From NCBI GenBank assembly GCA_964502465.1, contig CAZCWX010000076.1:16025-80024 (forward strand): DNA of 64,000 bases. The letters are read 5' to 3'. Position numbers and translations under genes: made by a program. Each line of letters starts with the position of its first letter. The stretch's first letter is position 1. Shown one piece after another: positions 1 through 10,250 of this stretch. Source of the stretch: an uncultured Enterobacteriaceae bacterium (GTDB lineage Bacteria; Desulfobacterota; Binatia; Bin18). Under the pieces are notes generated by a model. That model saw only the letters and a program-made list of their open reading frames with translations. It did not search any database and was not told where the DNA came from.

Positions 1-1
1 A

Positions 2-1492
2 GAGATCAGCGAAATTATCAAACAACAGATCCAAGGCTATAGCAAACATGTGGAATTGCGAGAGACTGGCACGGTGCTCTCGGCTAGTGATGGTATCGCC
101 CGCATCCATGGTTTGGATCGGGTTGCGGCGGGAGAATTATTGCTCTTTCCACACGATATCTATGGGTTAGCGTTGAACTTAGAGGAAGATAACGTGGGCG
201 CGGCGGTATTTGGGGAAGTGCAGGCGATCAGAGAAGGAGACGAGGTCCGTCGCACTGGCCGTATTGCCGAGGTTCCCGTTGGCGAGTCTATGCTCGGCCG
301 TGTGGTGAATGCCCTTGGGCAACCAATAGACGCCAAAGGTCCCGTTGCCACCACAGAGACGCGCCGCATTGAGGTGAAGGCACCAGGGATTGTCCTGCGT
401 CAGCCAGTAAAGGAGCCGCTCCAGACTGGCATCAAGGCGATTGACTCAATGATCCCTATTGGTCGAGGGCAGCGCGAGTTGATTATCGGGGACCGCCAGA
501 CTGGAAAGACCGCGCTCATTATCGATGCAATTATTAATCAAAAAGGCGGTGATGTTTTCTGTATCTACGTTGCGATTGGCCAGAAACGCTCGACCGTCTC
601 CCAAGTCGTAGAACGCTTAACCCGCGCCGGAGCGATGGAATACACTACCGTGGTTGCCGCAACCGCTTCAGAGGCAGCGCCTTTGCAGTTCATTGCCCCC
701 TATGCTGGCTGTGCGATGGGAGAATACTTCCGCGATAACGGTAAACATGCCTTGGTCGTCTACGACGACCTTTCAAAACATGCCGTTGCCTATCGTCAGC
801 TCTCGCTCCTCCTCCGTCGACCGCCGGGACGCGAGGCCTTCCCTGGCGATGTATTTTACTTGCACTCTCGCCTGCTCGAACGGGCGGCGAAGATGAGTGC
901 GGCTCTGGGAGGAGGGTCGCTGACTGCACTGCCTGTGATCGAAACGCAAGCTGGCGACGTATCGGCGTATATCCCTACGAACGTGATCTCGATTACCGAT
1001 GGTCAGATCTTTTTAGAAACAGACCTCTTTTATGCTGGGGTTCGACCAGCGGTCAACGTCGGCATTTCTGTCTCTCGTGTGGGGGGGGCCGCGCAGATGA
1101 AGGCCATGAAACAGGTGGCAGGTTCTCTCCGCCTTGACTTGGCGCAATATCGTGAAATGGCAGCGTTCGCGCAATTTGGCTCAGACCTTGATGCCGCAAC
1201 CCAGCGGATGTTAGCCCGCGGCACCCGTTTGGTCGAGATTCTCAAGCAAGGGCAGTATCAGCCACTTCCTGTCGAACGCCAGATCCTCATCCTTTACGCA
1301 GGGACCAATGGCTTTGTCGATCAGTTACCTGAGAGTGCCCTGAAGAAGTATGAGCAAGAACTTTTCCGCTTCATCGACACTCGCCACCCTGATATCTTCG
1401 CTGATCTGCTCACGAAACGCGAGCTGAGTGATGAGCTGAAAGAGCGGATCAACACCGCCCTCAAAGAGTTTAACGAAAGTTTCACTGCATAA
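2..1492 (+). CDS. atpA: F1 ATP synthase alpha subunit (5' end cut by window edge)
   Basis: Frame is open from nt 2 ([23 protein letters not shown]...). Walker A GDRQTGKT. Full-length alpha-like sequence followed by gamma/beta/epsilon genes. Confidence 0.97.
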   Translation, partial: EISEIIKQQIQGYSKHVELRETGTVLSASDGIARIHGLDRVAAGELLLFPHDIYGLALNLEEDNVGAAVFGEVQAIREGDEVRRTGRIAEVPVGESMLGRVVNALGQPIDAKGPVATTETRRIEVKAPGIVLRQPVKEPLQTGIKAIDSMIPIGRGQRELIIGDRQTGKTALIIDAIINQKGGDVFCIYVAIGQKRSTVSQVVERLTRAGAMEYTTVVAATASEAAPLQFIAPYAGCAMGEYFRDNGKHALVVYDDLSKHAVAYRQLSLLLRRPPGREAFPGDVFYLHSRLLERAAKMSAALGGGSLTALPVIETQAGDVSAYIPTNVISITDGQIFLETDLFYAGVRPAVNVGISVSRVGGAAQMKAMKQVAGSLRLDLAQYREMAAFAQFGSDLDAATQRMLARGTRLVEILKQGQYQPLPVERQILILYAGTNGFVDQLPESALKKYEQELFRFIDTRHPDIFADLLTKRELSDELKERINTALKEFNESFTA

Positions 1493-1498
1493 ATTCTC

Positions 1499-2356
1499 AT
1501 GGCCACTCTCAAAGCGATTCGCAGACGTGTCTCGTCCGTCCGGAACATTCAACAGATTACCAAGGCGATGAAAATGGTCTCTGCTGCCCGGCTACGCCGG
1601 GCACAGGAGGCTGCATTCGCCGCGCGACCGTATGCTGAGAAACTCGAAGCCGTATTGCAAAACTTAGCGGCCCAGCGTGATACCCTTGCTCATCCGTTCC
1701 TCACCGCTCGCGAGGAAAAGAACGTTGATCTGCTCGTCATTACCTCTGATCGTGGCCTTTGCGGTGGGTTCAACGCCAACCTGATCCGGGCTGCCGAGGC
1801 CTTTATGCGGGAGCGCACTGAGCAAAAGGTCTCCCTCTCTTTCATTGGGCGGCGGGGGGTTGATTACTTCAAGCGTCGGCCGGTACCCATAACAGAACAG
1901 CACGTCAACCTCTTTGGCCGCCTGACTCCGCCCCTCGCGCATGAAATTGGTCAGCGTATGGGTGAACGCTTTCTCCGGGGAGAATCAGACGGTTTCTATG
2001 TGCTGTACGCCCGCTTCCGCTCTGCGTTAGTGCAAACCCCCACGGTTGACCAAGTCTTGCCCATTGTCGCAAAAGAACGGGAAGCGGCGCAGGGGTCACT
2101 GGAATATCTCTATGAACCGACCCCACAAGCACTGCTGGTGAGCCTTCTGTCACGCTATGTCGACATGCTGATCTATCGAGCGATGCTCGAGTCGATCGCG
2201 AGTGAGCACGGTGCTCGCATGACCGCGATGGACAACGCGACGAACAATGCCGTGGACATGATCAGCCGTCTGACCTTGGATATGAACCGGGCTCGTCAGG
2301 CCGGTATCACCCGTGAGTTACTGGAAATCGTTTCGACAAGTGAGGCCTTGAAGTAG
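1499..2356 (+). CDS. atpG: F1 ATP synthase gamma subunit
   Basis: 285 aa. N-terminus MATLKAIRRRVSSVRNIQQITKAMKMVSAARLRRAQ and C-terminus ...ITRELLEIVSTSEAL are typical of gamma. Lies between alpha and beta. Confidence 0.95.
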   Translation: MATLKAIRRRVSSVRNIQQITKAMKMVSAARLRRAQEAAFAARPYAEKLEAVLQNLAAQRDTLAHPFLTAREEKNVDLLVITSDRGLCGGFNANLIRAAEAFMRERTEQKVSLSFIGRRGVDYFKRRPVPITEQHVNLFGRLTPPLAHEIGQRMGERFLRGESDGFYVLYARFRSALVQTPTVDQVLPIVAKEREAAQGSLEYLYEPTPQALLVSLLSRYVDMLIYRAMLESIASEHGARMTAMDNATNNAVDMISRLTLDMNRARQAGITRELLEIVSTSEALK

Positions 2357-3850
<1,494 letters not shown>

Positions 3851-3922
3851 ACAAAGGGTGCAGAGTGAAAAGTCCCCAACTCTTCGCAGCTGACTTTTTA
3901 TTACTAAACGCTTCGGAGCACT

Positions 3923-4345
3923 ATGGCTGACTTTCTTCGTCTTCGTGTGATAACGCCAGAGCGGTTACTTCTCGATGAAGAAGTAGATGAGGTCACTGCT
4001 CCTGGCACGGTCGGTGAGTTCGGTGTCCTCCCGAACCACATCACTTTTCTCTCTTCTCTGCAACCAGGCAGACTGACCTACAAGAAGGGCGCACAAGTAC
4101 ATGCCCTTGCTGTCAGTGGAGGATTCGCCGAAGTCGTGGATAACGTGATGACTGTCCTAGCTGATAGCGCTGAGTTCGCTGAAGAAATTGATATCGAGCG
4201 GGCCCGTGTGGCGCTACGCACAGCCGAAGAGCGTCTGAAAAAGCTTGCAGCGAGCGATCCTGACTTCGCTGAGGATGAAGCTGCACGTCTCCGTGCACAG
4301 GCCAGGATTGAGGTTGCGACAGGGAGTACTGCACAACGTATGTAA
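3923..4345 (+). CDS. atpC: F1 ATP synthase epsilon subunit
   Basis: 140 aa. LRVITPERLLLDEEVDEVTAPGTVGEFGVLPNH is a typical epsilon beta-sandwich start. Last gene of atpAGDC. Confidence 0.93.
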   Translation: MADFLRLRVITPERLLLDEEVDEVTAPGTVGEFGVLPNHITFLSSLQPGRLTYKKGAQVHALAVSGGFAEVVDNVMTVLADSAEFAEEIDIERARVALRTAEERLKKLAASDPDFAEDEAARLRAQARIEVATGSTAQRM

Positions 4346-4753
4346 AATTATGGCTCATGTCCAGGATTTGTGCTGGCAACGGCAGGCAGAGCTTCCCCTA
4401 CTCAGTAGACGTTCCACGGGAATAGTCCTGTAGAGTGGGCCGTGCCCGTCATCAAGCGCTCGCGCACAGATTTTGTACATACGCGAAAATTGTTTCCGCT
4501 TTTACCATTCTCGTAGTTGTGGTTAAGACACCCTTCTTTTTCAGCTTTGCTGAATCCACTCTGTTCTTTCCTGTCCCTGCGTTCCCTTTACCCCTATGGG
4601 ACCCATCTCCCCCTTGGATACCGTCTGGCTGCTGACCGAGTAGTGGTCTCCTTCTATACTGCCTTTAAGTTTCTGGGCCTCTCTCCGATGATACAAATGC
4701 TGATCCTCTTCCTGACCGCCATAGGGCCAGAGGGAAACATAGGAGGTTTTCTC

Positions 4754-6223
4754 ATGTTTGGGATTGACCCAACAATGTTAGTGATTTCCTTACTGGCTGG
4801 AGGAATTGTTATTCTCTTGATGCGTCTTCTCCTCCAGCCACATGCGCAATCTGCTGGGCCGCAGGGACGGTCTGATCTGGCCGGAGGAGGAACAGAGCCT
4901 TCTTCACGCCATTGGAATGCTACTGGAGACAAGTCCCCAGCTTTTGCCAATCAGTCTCTTGGACGGCAGAATGGTCTTCCTAACGGAGATACTACTGCAC
5001 CAGTTCTTGCTCCTCTTGAAAAGAACGACATAACCCCAACTGGGTTCTCTGCGCCTGCTATGGAAGCAAAAATACCCGAAGCTTCGAACTCTGGAGAACA
5101 GAGACAGGCTCTTATTTTAGAGACTCCTGCCGAAAAGGTTTCAGAAATTGCTGCGAAACAAGGAGCCGTGGTCGGGCAGAAAAAGCAAGCTGGTTCGGAC
5201 ACGCTGTGGGCAGATTTGAAAAATGAGCGGACGGCACGTTTCATTAGTTTTATTAATTTCAAAGGTGGGGTAGGGAAGAGCACAACTGCAGTGGAAACTG
5301 CAGCGTCTCTTGCCCGACACTTTGGCAAGCGGGTGTTACTGATTGATCTGGATCCACAGACCAATTCAACTTTCTATCTGATGGATCATGCGGAGTGGGA
5401 ACGATGGACCCAGACGAATGGTTCACTGAAAACGCTTTTTGAGGCGTATTTATCCGGTAAAGAAGACACATTCGACGTTTCTCAGGTGATTAAGAGAGAT
5501 CTGCTGTGTCACGGAGGAACTCCTCTCGCTCCTGGCTTCGAGCTCTTACCCTCGCACCTTGCGCTCGTCCAGATTGATATTCAGTTGGCGGCACGATCAG
5601 TCATTGGCGAAGCTGTCTTTAGTAACCAGGCGATTATTCGCCAAGCGTTGCAAAAAGTCCAACATCAGTATGACTATATCTTCTTTGACTGTCCTCCTAA
5701 CTTCAACTTAGTGACGCAAAATGGTCTTTTTGCCAGCGATGGGTATGTCATCCCTGCTATTCCAGATTACCTCTCGACTCTCGGCGTTAATCTGATCCAG
5801 GGAGAAGTGAACCGGTTTTCTAACCGTATCCGCCATGCCTTAGCAATGTTTGGGGGAACTTTTGCCGGACCTGAACTCAAAGGCATCATTTTTACTCGTG
5901 TCCGCTTGCGCAGTCGCAACCCCTTGCGGTTTGTTGACTTACACGCACGGCGGATGCAAGAAGTGCACAGGACAAATCCTGGGCTTGTATTCGAGCACTT
6001 CATCAGCGAAGCAGTCCGCTTTGCAGAAGCACCGGAGCGGCAGCTTCCGGTCAGTCTCTCTCCGCGACCTGAAGATCGTGAGGCTCGTGACGAGTTTCTT
6101 CGGCTCGCAGAGGAGTTCATTGAGCGCACCGATGGAAAGGAGAACCTCCGTGGCACTGAAGACCTCTCATGGCCTGGCACTGATGCTGGAGAACATCTGT
6201 CAGGCATTGCGCGAGCTTCCTGA
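4754..6223 (+). CDS. ParA/MinD-family P-loop ATPase with N-terminal TM helix and low-complexity linker
   Basis: Deviant Walker A FKGGVGKST, LIDLDPQ(T)N, and a DCPPN Walker B-like motif. ATG 4754 lies 7 nt after AGGAGG. The N-terminus MLVISLLAGGIVILLMRLLL is hydrophobic, followed by about 150 aa rich in Gly/Pro/Ser/Gln. Confidence 0.8.
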   Translation: MFGIDPTMLVISLLAGGIVILLMRLLLQPHAQSAGPQGRSDLAGGGTEPSSRHWNATGDKSPAFANQSLGRQNGLPNGDTTAPVLAPLEKNDITPTGFSAPAMEAKIPEASNSGEQRQALILETPAEKVSEIAAKQGAVVGQKKQAGSDTLWADLKNERTARFISFINFKGGVGKSTTAVETAASLARHFGKRVLLIDLDPQTNSTFYLMDHAEWERWTQTNGSLKTLFEAYLSGKEDTFDVSQVIKRDLLCHGGTPLAPGFELLPSHLALVQIDIQLAARSVIGEAVFSNQAIIRQALQKVQHQYDYIFFDCPPNFNLVTQNGLFASDGYVIPAIPDYLSTLGVNLIQGEVNRFSNRIRHALAMFGGTFAGPELKGIIFTRVRLRSRNPLRFVDLHARRMQEVHRTNPGLVFEHFISEAVRFAEAPERQLPVSLSPRPEDREARDEFLRLAEEFIERTDGKENLRGTEDLSWPGTDAGEHLSGIARAS

Positions 6224-6581
6224 TGAAAATTTGTTCGCTCTGCTCCAGAAGCTCCAATTTGCCCAGGCCGGACAAAGGCGCAATCGTGCTCCACGGCCAT
6301 CTCGCAACCTGCCACCTCCTCCACGAGACCCGCGCGAGATGGACCGCAGCGAGCTAAAAGCCTATCTGCAGAGCGCTCACTATTTCCCCCACAAGGCAGA
6401 CTTATTAGAGTTTGCCAGGCGGTATGGTGTGCCGGCGAACAGCCATACGCCCCGTGATGAAATTATCCGGCTCTGTGTGCGGATGCTGCACGATATTCCT
6501 CACGGGTTTATCATCTTACGCGCTCTTGCCACGGAGTATGATCCTGTTTCTTTGCCGTCTGATCACTCCTTAGGGAATTAA
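6183..6581 (+). CDS. hypothetical small protein downstream of and overlapping the ParA-like gene
   Basis: ORF in a different frame overlapping the ParA-like stop by 41 nt. Basic RRNRAPRPSR stretch, then a helical-looking C-terminal half. No clear SD; an alternative ATG exists at 6339. Confidence 0.4.
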   Translation: MLENICQALRELPDENLFALLQKLQFAQAGQRRNRAPRPSRNLPPPPRDPREMDRSELKAYLQSAHYFPHKADLLEFARRYGVPANSHTPRDEIIRLCVRMLHDIPHGFIILRALATEYDPVSLPSDHSLGN

Positions 6582-6606
6582 GCGAGTGAGACCGTGAGAG
6601 AGGAGG

Positions 6607-7605
6607 CTACTTTTTCGGGACTTTCTTGAGAAGGGCCGCGACGATCTGATCTGCTGTGACGCTTTCAGCTTCAGCCTGGAAGTTTAGGAGGCAGCGATGG
6701 CGCAGGGCTGGCAGAGCGACATCTGTGATATCGTCAAAACTCACATTGACTCGGTTATCGAGCAACGCATTGACCTTCGCCCCAAGCGTGATAGCTTGAG
6801 CCCCACGCGGGCCAGGACCATAACGCAAATATTGTGTCACTTCGGGGACCACAGATTGTGTATTCCCTGGAGTGGCCGTAGCAATGAGCCGTGCAACATA
6901 GCTACTGAGCGGCGGGGCCAGTAACACCTGGCGTACCACCACCTTCATGTCTTCCACTAACCATTGCGGCTGATCCGCGGGTAGAACCTGTTTCATCTGA
7001 TATCGTGAGTCTGTCGTTGTACGAGCGAGGATCTCTGACAGTTCTATGGAGTTGGGAGGAGAAACAATCAGTTTGAAAAGGAAACGGTCAAGCTGCGCTT
7101 CGGGGAGCGGGTATGTCCCTTCTATCTCGATGGGGTTTTGGGTTGCTAAAACAAAAAATGGAGGATCCAATTTGTACGTTTCGCCAAAAACTGTGACCTG
7201 CTGCTCTTCCATTGCTTCCAAGATCGCCGACTGCGTCTTGGGAGTCGCCCGGTTGACTTCGTCCGCTAAGACGATGTTGGCGAAGACCGGCCCCCGTTTA
7301 AATTCAAAGTGACGATCGGTCGCGCCTTCGGACAGCACCTGAGTGCCGACGATATCAGCAGGCATCAGGTCTGGTGTAAATTGGATACGCTTGAAACTGA
7401 GGCCAAGAGCCTGACTGAGGGACTTTACCATGAGAGTTTTCCCCAATCCTGGGACTCCCTCGATCAGCACATGGCCACCTGCAAAAAAGGCGGTGACAAT
7501 TTTTCGCACGACATCTTTGTGGCCAACAATAACTCGGCTCACCTCTTCTTCTATAGCAACAAAGAGGTGGCGAAATTCTTGGACTCGATCTTCCCGTTGT
7601 GTCAT
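6607..7605 (-). CDS. MoxR-family AAA+ ATPase
   Basis: Walker A GVPGLGKT and Walker B IVLADEVNRA. The RIQFTPDLMPADIVG motif is typical of MoxR/MRP. 332 aa. Confidence 0.92.
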   Translation of the reverse strand: MTQREDRVQEFRHLFVAIEEEVSRVIVGHKDVVRKIVTAFFAGGHVLIEGVPGLGKTLMVKSLSQALGLSFKRIQFTPDLMPADIVGTQVLSEGATDRHFEFKRGPVFANIVLADEVNRATPKTQSAILEAMEEQQVTVFGETYKLDPPFFVLATQNPIEIEGTYPLPEAQLDRFLFKLIVSPPNSIELSEILARTTTDSRYQMKQVLPADQPQWLVEDMKVVVRQVLLAPPLSSYVARLIATATPGNTQSVVPEVTQYLRYGPGPRGAQAITLGAKVNALLDNRVNVSFDDITDVALPALRHRCLLNFQAEAESVTADQIVAALLKKVPKK

Positions 7606-7608
7606 AAC

Positions 7609-9021
7609 CTATTGTCGCAGGATTGCCCGGTACTCTAGGGGAATAGGTTGCTTGGGTTTAGGCTGATCTGGCACTCCTTCTTTCAGGGGAGCATTGCTAT
7701 ACGGAGTTTTCGGCAGGGCGCCCCCGCGCCCCTCGGTACGTTTGTCGCCACCTGGAGCATCCTGCCCGAGCGGAACTCGCACCTTAACAAATTGCGCGTC
7801 CTTCGTGAGAAATCCGCCAGGTTGCTCTCCTGGTTTCAGGAAACGCTCTCCGCTACTACCTCCCCTTGCGGTACCCATCCCTTTTTGTTGTTGCTGTTGG
7901 GAGTCTGGGGCCTGCTGCTCTTTTTCCGCACCCTGATTGTGATCTTGTCGCTCTCCTGGTCGGTCGGGATCTGTTCCTGGCCCCTGATTGTTTGCCGCCT
8001 GCTCCTGGGAGGACTGTTGTTGCTGGCCAGGCGGCTCATTTCCTGTACGTTCTTGCTTTTCTCCTGATTGGGGTTGTGGGAGGTTGAACTGAACGCCACC
8101 ACCAGCCTTGCGCGGCTCGGACTGTTCTTGTTTTTCCCCATCTTTGGTTGGCCCAGTATGGGGTTCATTACCGGCTGCGGTAGAGGGGGATTTCTTTAAT
8201 TGTTCTAGGTTCTGCTCCGATTTTGCCAATGGCGTATCACCCGCTTGTGGTTGATCAGTTTGATTGCCTGAATCCTGGTCTTTCTTGCTATCATTCGCAA
8301 AAAGCTTGAGATCGAATGGTAAAAGTTGAGGAAGCGGGAGGTTGAGCCGTTGCTGTGCTTCTTCGATAAGCTGCTGCTGCTCTCGCGGCGACAGGGCAGG
8401 ATTCTTGAGTTCTTCTGCTAGGGTTAGCAGTTGAGTCCCAGCGGCCTGTTCTTGAAGAGTTGCGCCCTTCATAAGTTCTCGGGCAATCTGTTCGAGATGT
8501 GTTAGGACTTGGTCATTGGGAGTTTGGGGGGCCAGCAGTGAACTTACTGGGGTTGAGGGAAGAAAAAACAGCATGAGGATACTGAGTGCAGCGGCGAGGA
8601 GCGCCACAGGTACCCGCTTATCCACTGTGAATGGCAGGTCTCGCGCTGGGATGAAAGAGGAAGCTTTACGAGCAGTTTGGCGTTGGAGAAGAGAGGAGAA
8701 AGGCAGGCCTGGTTGATTCTGAGCAAGGGTCGCGTAAGTGAGAAAGCGTTCCTGACCATCAGTTTGCTCATCAAGGAAAGAGGCGACGGCTTCCCAGTCT
8801 TCAACTTTCTTGGCTTTCACTAAAGTCAGGATCATGAGGGTGCCTAGGAGAGTAAGGGGAATAAGCACGAGAAAGGCTGAAAGGGAAAAAGCTGAGAGCA
8901 AAATATGGCCAGTCACAAGAAGGGCGACCATGAGCGAGAGAAAGAAGCTATAGATATTCGCCCGTCTTTGGTTACGGAGCCGTCTCCCTGTTTGCGCAAT
9001 GAGGGTGGAGGGCATAGTCAT
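7609..9021 (-). CDS. hypothetical membrane protein with long Gln/Pro/Gly-rich C-terminal half
   Basis: ATG 9021 sits 1 nt after the mltG stop. Two or three hydrophobic segments (IYSFFLSLMVALLVTGHILL, AFLVLIPLTLLGTLMILTL, VALLAAALSILMLFFL), then low-complexity sequence. Its stop lies 3 nt before the moxR start. Confidence 0.6.
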   Translation of the reverse strand: MTMPSTLIAQTGRRLRNQRRANIYSFFLSLMVALLVTGHILLSAFSLSAFLVLIPLTLLGTLMILTLVKAKKVEDWEAVASFLDEQTDGQERFLTYATLAQNQPGLPFSSLLQRQTARKASSFIPARDLPFTVDKRVPVALLAAALSILMLFFLPSTPVSSLLAPQTPNDQVLTHLEQIARELMKGATLQEQAAGTQLLTLAEELKNPALSPREQQQLIEEAQQRLNLPLPQLLPFDLKLFANDSKKDQDSGNQTDQPQAGDTPLAKSEQNLEQLKKSPSTAAGNEPHTGPTKDGEKQEQSEPRKAGGGVQFNLPQPQSGEKQERTGNEPPGQQQQSSQEQAANNQGPGTDPDRPGERQDHNQGAEKEQQAPDSQQQQQKGMGTARGGSSGERFLKPGEQPGGFLTKDAQFVKVRVPLGQDAPGGDKRTEGRGGALPKTPYSNAPLKEGVPDQPKPKQPIPLEYRAILRQ

Positions 9022-9022
9022 C

Positions 9023-10171
9023 CTAGAATTGCCTTCGCTGAAACCGATAGACAGCACGGTTATGCGCCTCCAGATCAGATGAGAAAACGTGAGAACCATC
9101 TCCTCTGGCGACAAAATATAGATAGTCAATCTTCGCTGGATTCAGGGCAGCGAGCATAGACTCCAGTCCAGGGCTCGCGATCGGTCCAGGCGGAAGGCCG
9201 CGGAACAAGTAGGTATTGTACAGTGTAGGAGTAAGGAGGTGCTGGCGTGTGAGGTTCCCGTCGAACTCATCAAGGCCATAGATGACGCTCGGGTCACACT
9301 GTAACGGCATCCCTATGCGCAGTCGGTTATGAAAGACCGCTGCCACAAGGGAACGCTCTGTGCCAAGCCGTGTTTCTTTCTCAATCAATGAAGCCAGGGT
9401 AATAGCCTCATGGAGCGAAAAGTGCTGGGCTGCAATCTGGCGATACATGGTCGGACTCATCACTTTGTAGAATCGTTCGATCATACGCCCCAGAATTGCT
9501 TCTGGCGCTGCCAACCAGGAGAAATGGTAGGTATCTGGGTATAAGTACCCTTCCATTCCCTGTGGGGGTAGTCCCCAAGTCGCCAAGAAATCTGTATCAA
9601 TGTTCAGACACAAAAATTGCTCCTCAGCCCCAAACCCTTTCCGTGCCAACAGGCTGACAATCTGCTTAAACGTCATCCCTTCTGTCACGGTTATGGTATG
9701 ACGAAGGCCTTTTCCATTGACGAGCATATGCAAGACAGAAAGGGGGGACAGGGGATCTGTAAACAGATATTCTCCGCTCCTGACCTTTCGGTCCGCTCCG
9801 GTAAGACGAGCCCACCAAGAAAAAAACCGAGCATTGGTAATCACCCCTTCAGATGCAAGGATGTGGGCTGTTTTCCATAGCGGAGAGCTCTGCGGTATAA
9901 AGATAATGACGTGTCGCTGGAGTGCGGGTCCCGGTGTAGTGAGAAAATGGTGGACATGCCAGGCGAAAAAGCTACAGGCACAGGTAAGTATGACGAAACA
10001 GAAAACCAACACTCTCTTCACTGCAGCAACAGTAACATCGGCCTGAGTGCGATACAATGTCATCCCTAAAGCGCTCAGTTCCTCAGCTTCGGCATAAAAA
10101 TAAGGATTGAGACTGCGTTCCCTTGTTGAGCCTTCTCTTGAATGAGGAGACTGATGACCGACCGTTGACAC
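9023..10171 (-). CDS. mltG: endolytic murein transglycosylase MltG (YceG-like)
   Basis: EGYLYPDTYHF, LASLIEKET, VFHNRL, CDPSVIYG and LYNTYLFRGLPPGPIASPG motifs. Start uncertain: GTG 10171, or ATG 10063 just before the TM segment. Confidence 0.9.
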   Translation of the reverse strand: MSTVGHQSPHSREGSTRERSLNPYFYAEAEELSALGMTLYRTQADVTVAAVKRVLVFCFVILTCACSFFAWHVHHFLTTPGPALQRHVIIFIPQSSPLWKTAHILASEGVITNARFFSWWARLTGADRKVRSGEYLFTDPLSPLSVLHMLVNGKGLRHTITVTEGMTFKQIVSLLARKGFGAEEQFLCLNIDTDFLATWGLPPQGMEGYLYPDTYHFSWLAAPEAILGRMIERFYKVMSPTMYRQIAAQHFSLHEAITLASLIEKETRLGTERSLVAAVFHNRLRIGMPLQCDPSVIYGLDEFDGNLTRQHLLTPTLYNTYLFRGLPPGPIASPGLESMLAALNPAKIDYLYFVARGDGSHVFSSDLEAHNRAVYRFQRRQF

Positions 10172-10250
10172 GTTGCAAAGTTTCTCTTGACATTTTTTCT
10201 CTTTGCTGGCAGTGTGGGGCGCGTTTTAGTTTTGCTTGGGGGAGTGGTTG

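Noticed and set aside
4517-4753. The ORF track extends the ParA-like gene upstream to GTG 4517 (568 aa).
   Set aside because: The added 79 aa are low-complexity sequence translated from the pyrimidine-rich spacer and lack an SD. ATG 4754 has a perfect AGGAGG at the ideal distance.
5850-6182. The 5' two-thirds of the 243-aa + ORF lies inside the ParA-like gene in another frame.
   Set aside because: It is fully embedded in a well-supported CDS and has odd composition (Ser/Cys/Leu-rich). Only the part from ATG 6183 onward is kept as a candidate gene.
5767-6324. A 185-aa minus-strand ORF antisense to the ParA-like gene.
   Set aside because: It is an Arg/Ser-rich shadow ORF with no motif or SD, and it overlaps two better-supported + ORFs.
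7648-8168. Several + and - ORFs (139, 80, 73 and 110 aa) inside the Gln/Pro-rich membrane-protein gene.
   Set aside because: These are typical alternative-frame artefacts of low-complexity, GC-skewed coding DNA, with no motifs.
9022-9129. The ORF track extends the 7609 gene N-terminally, overlapping the mltG 3' end.
   Set aside because: It would overlap mltG by 107 nt. ATG 9021 sits 1 nt after the mltG stop and leads directly into the basic/TM N-terminus.
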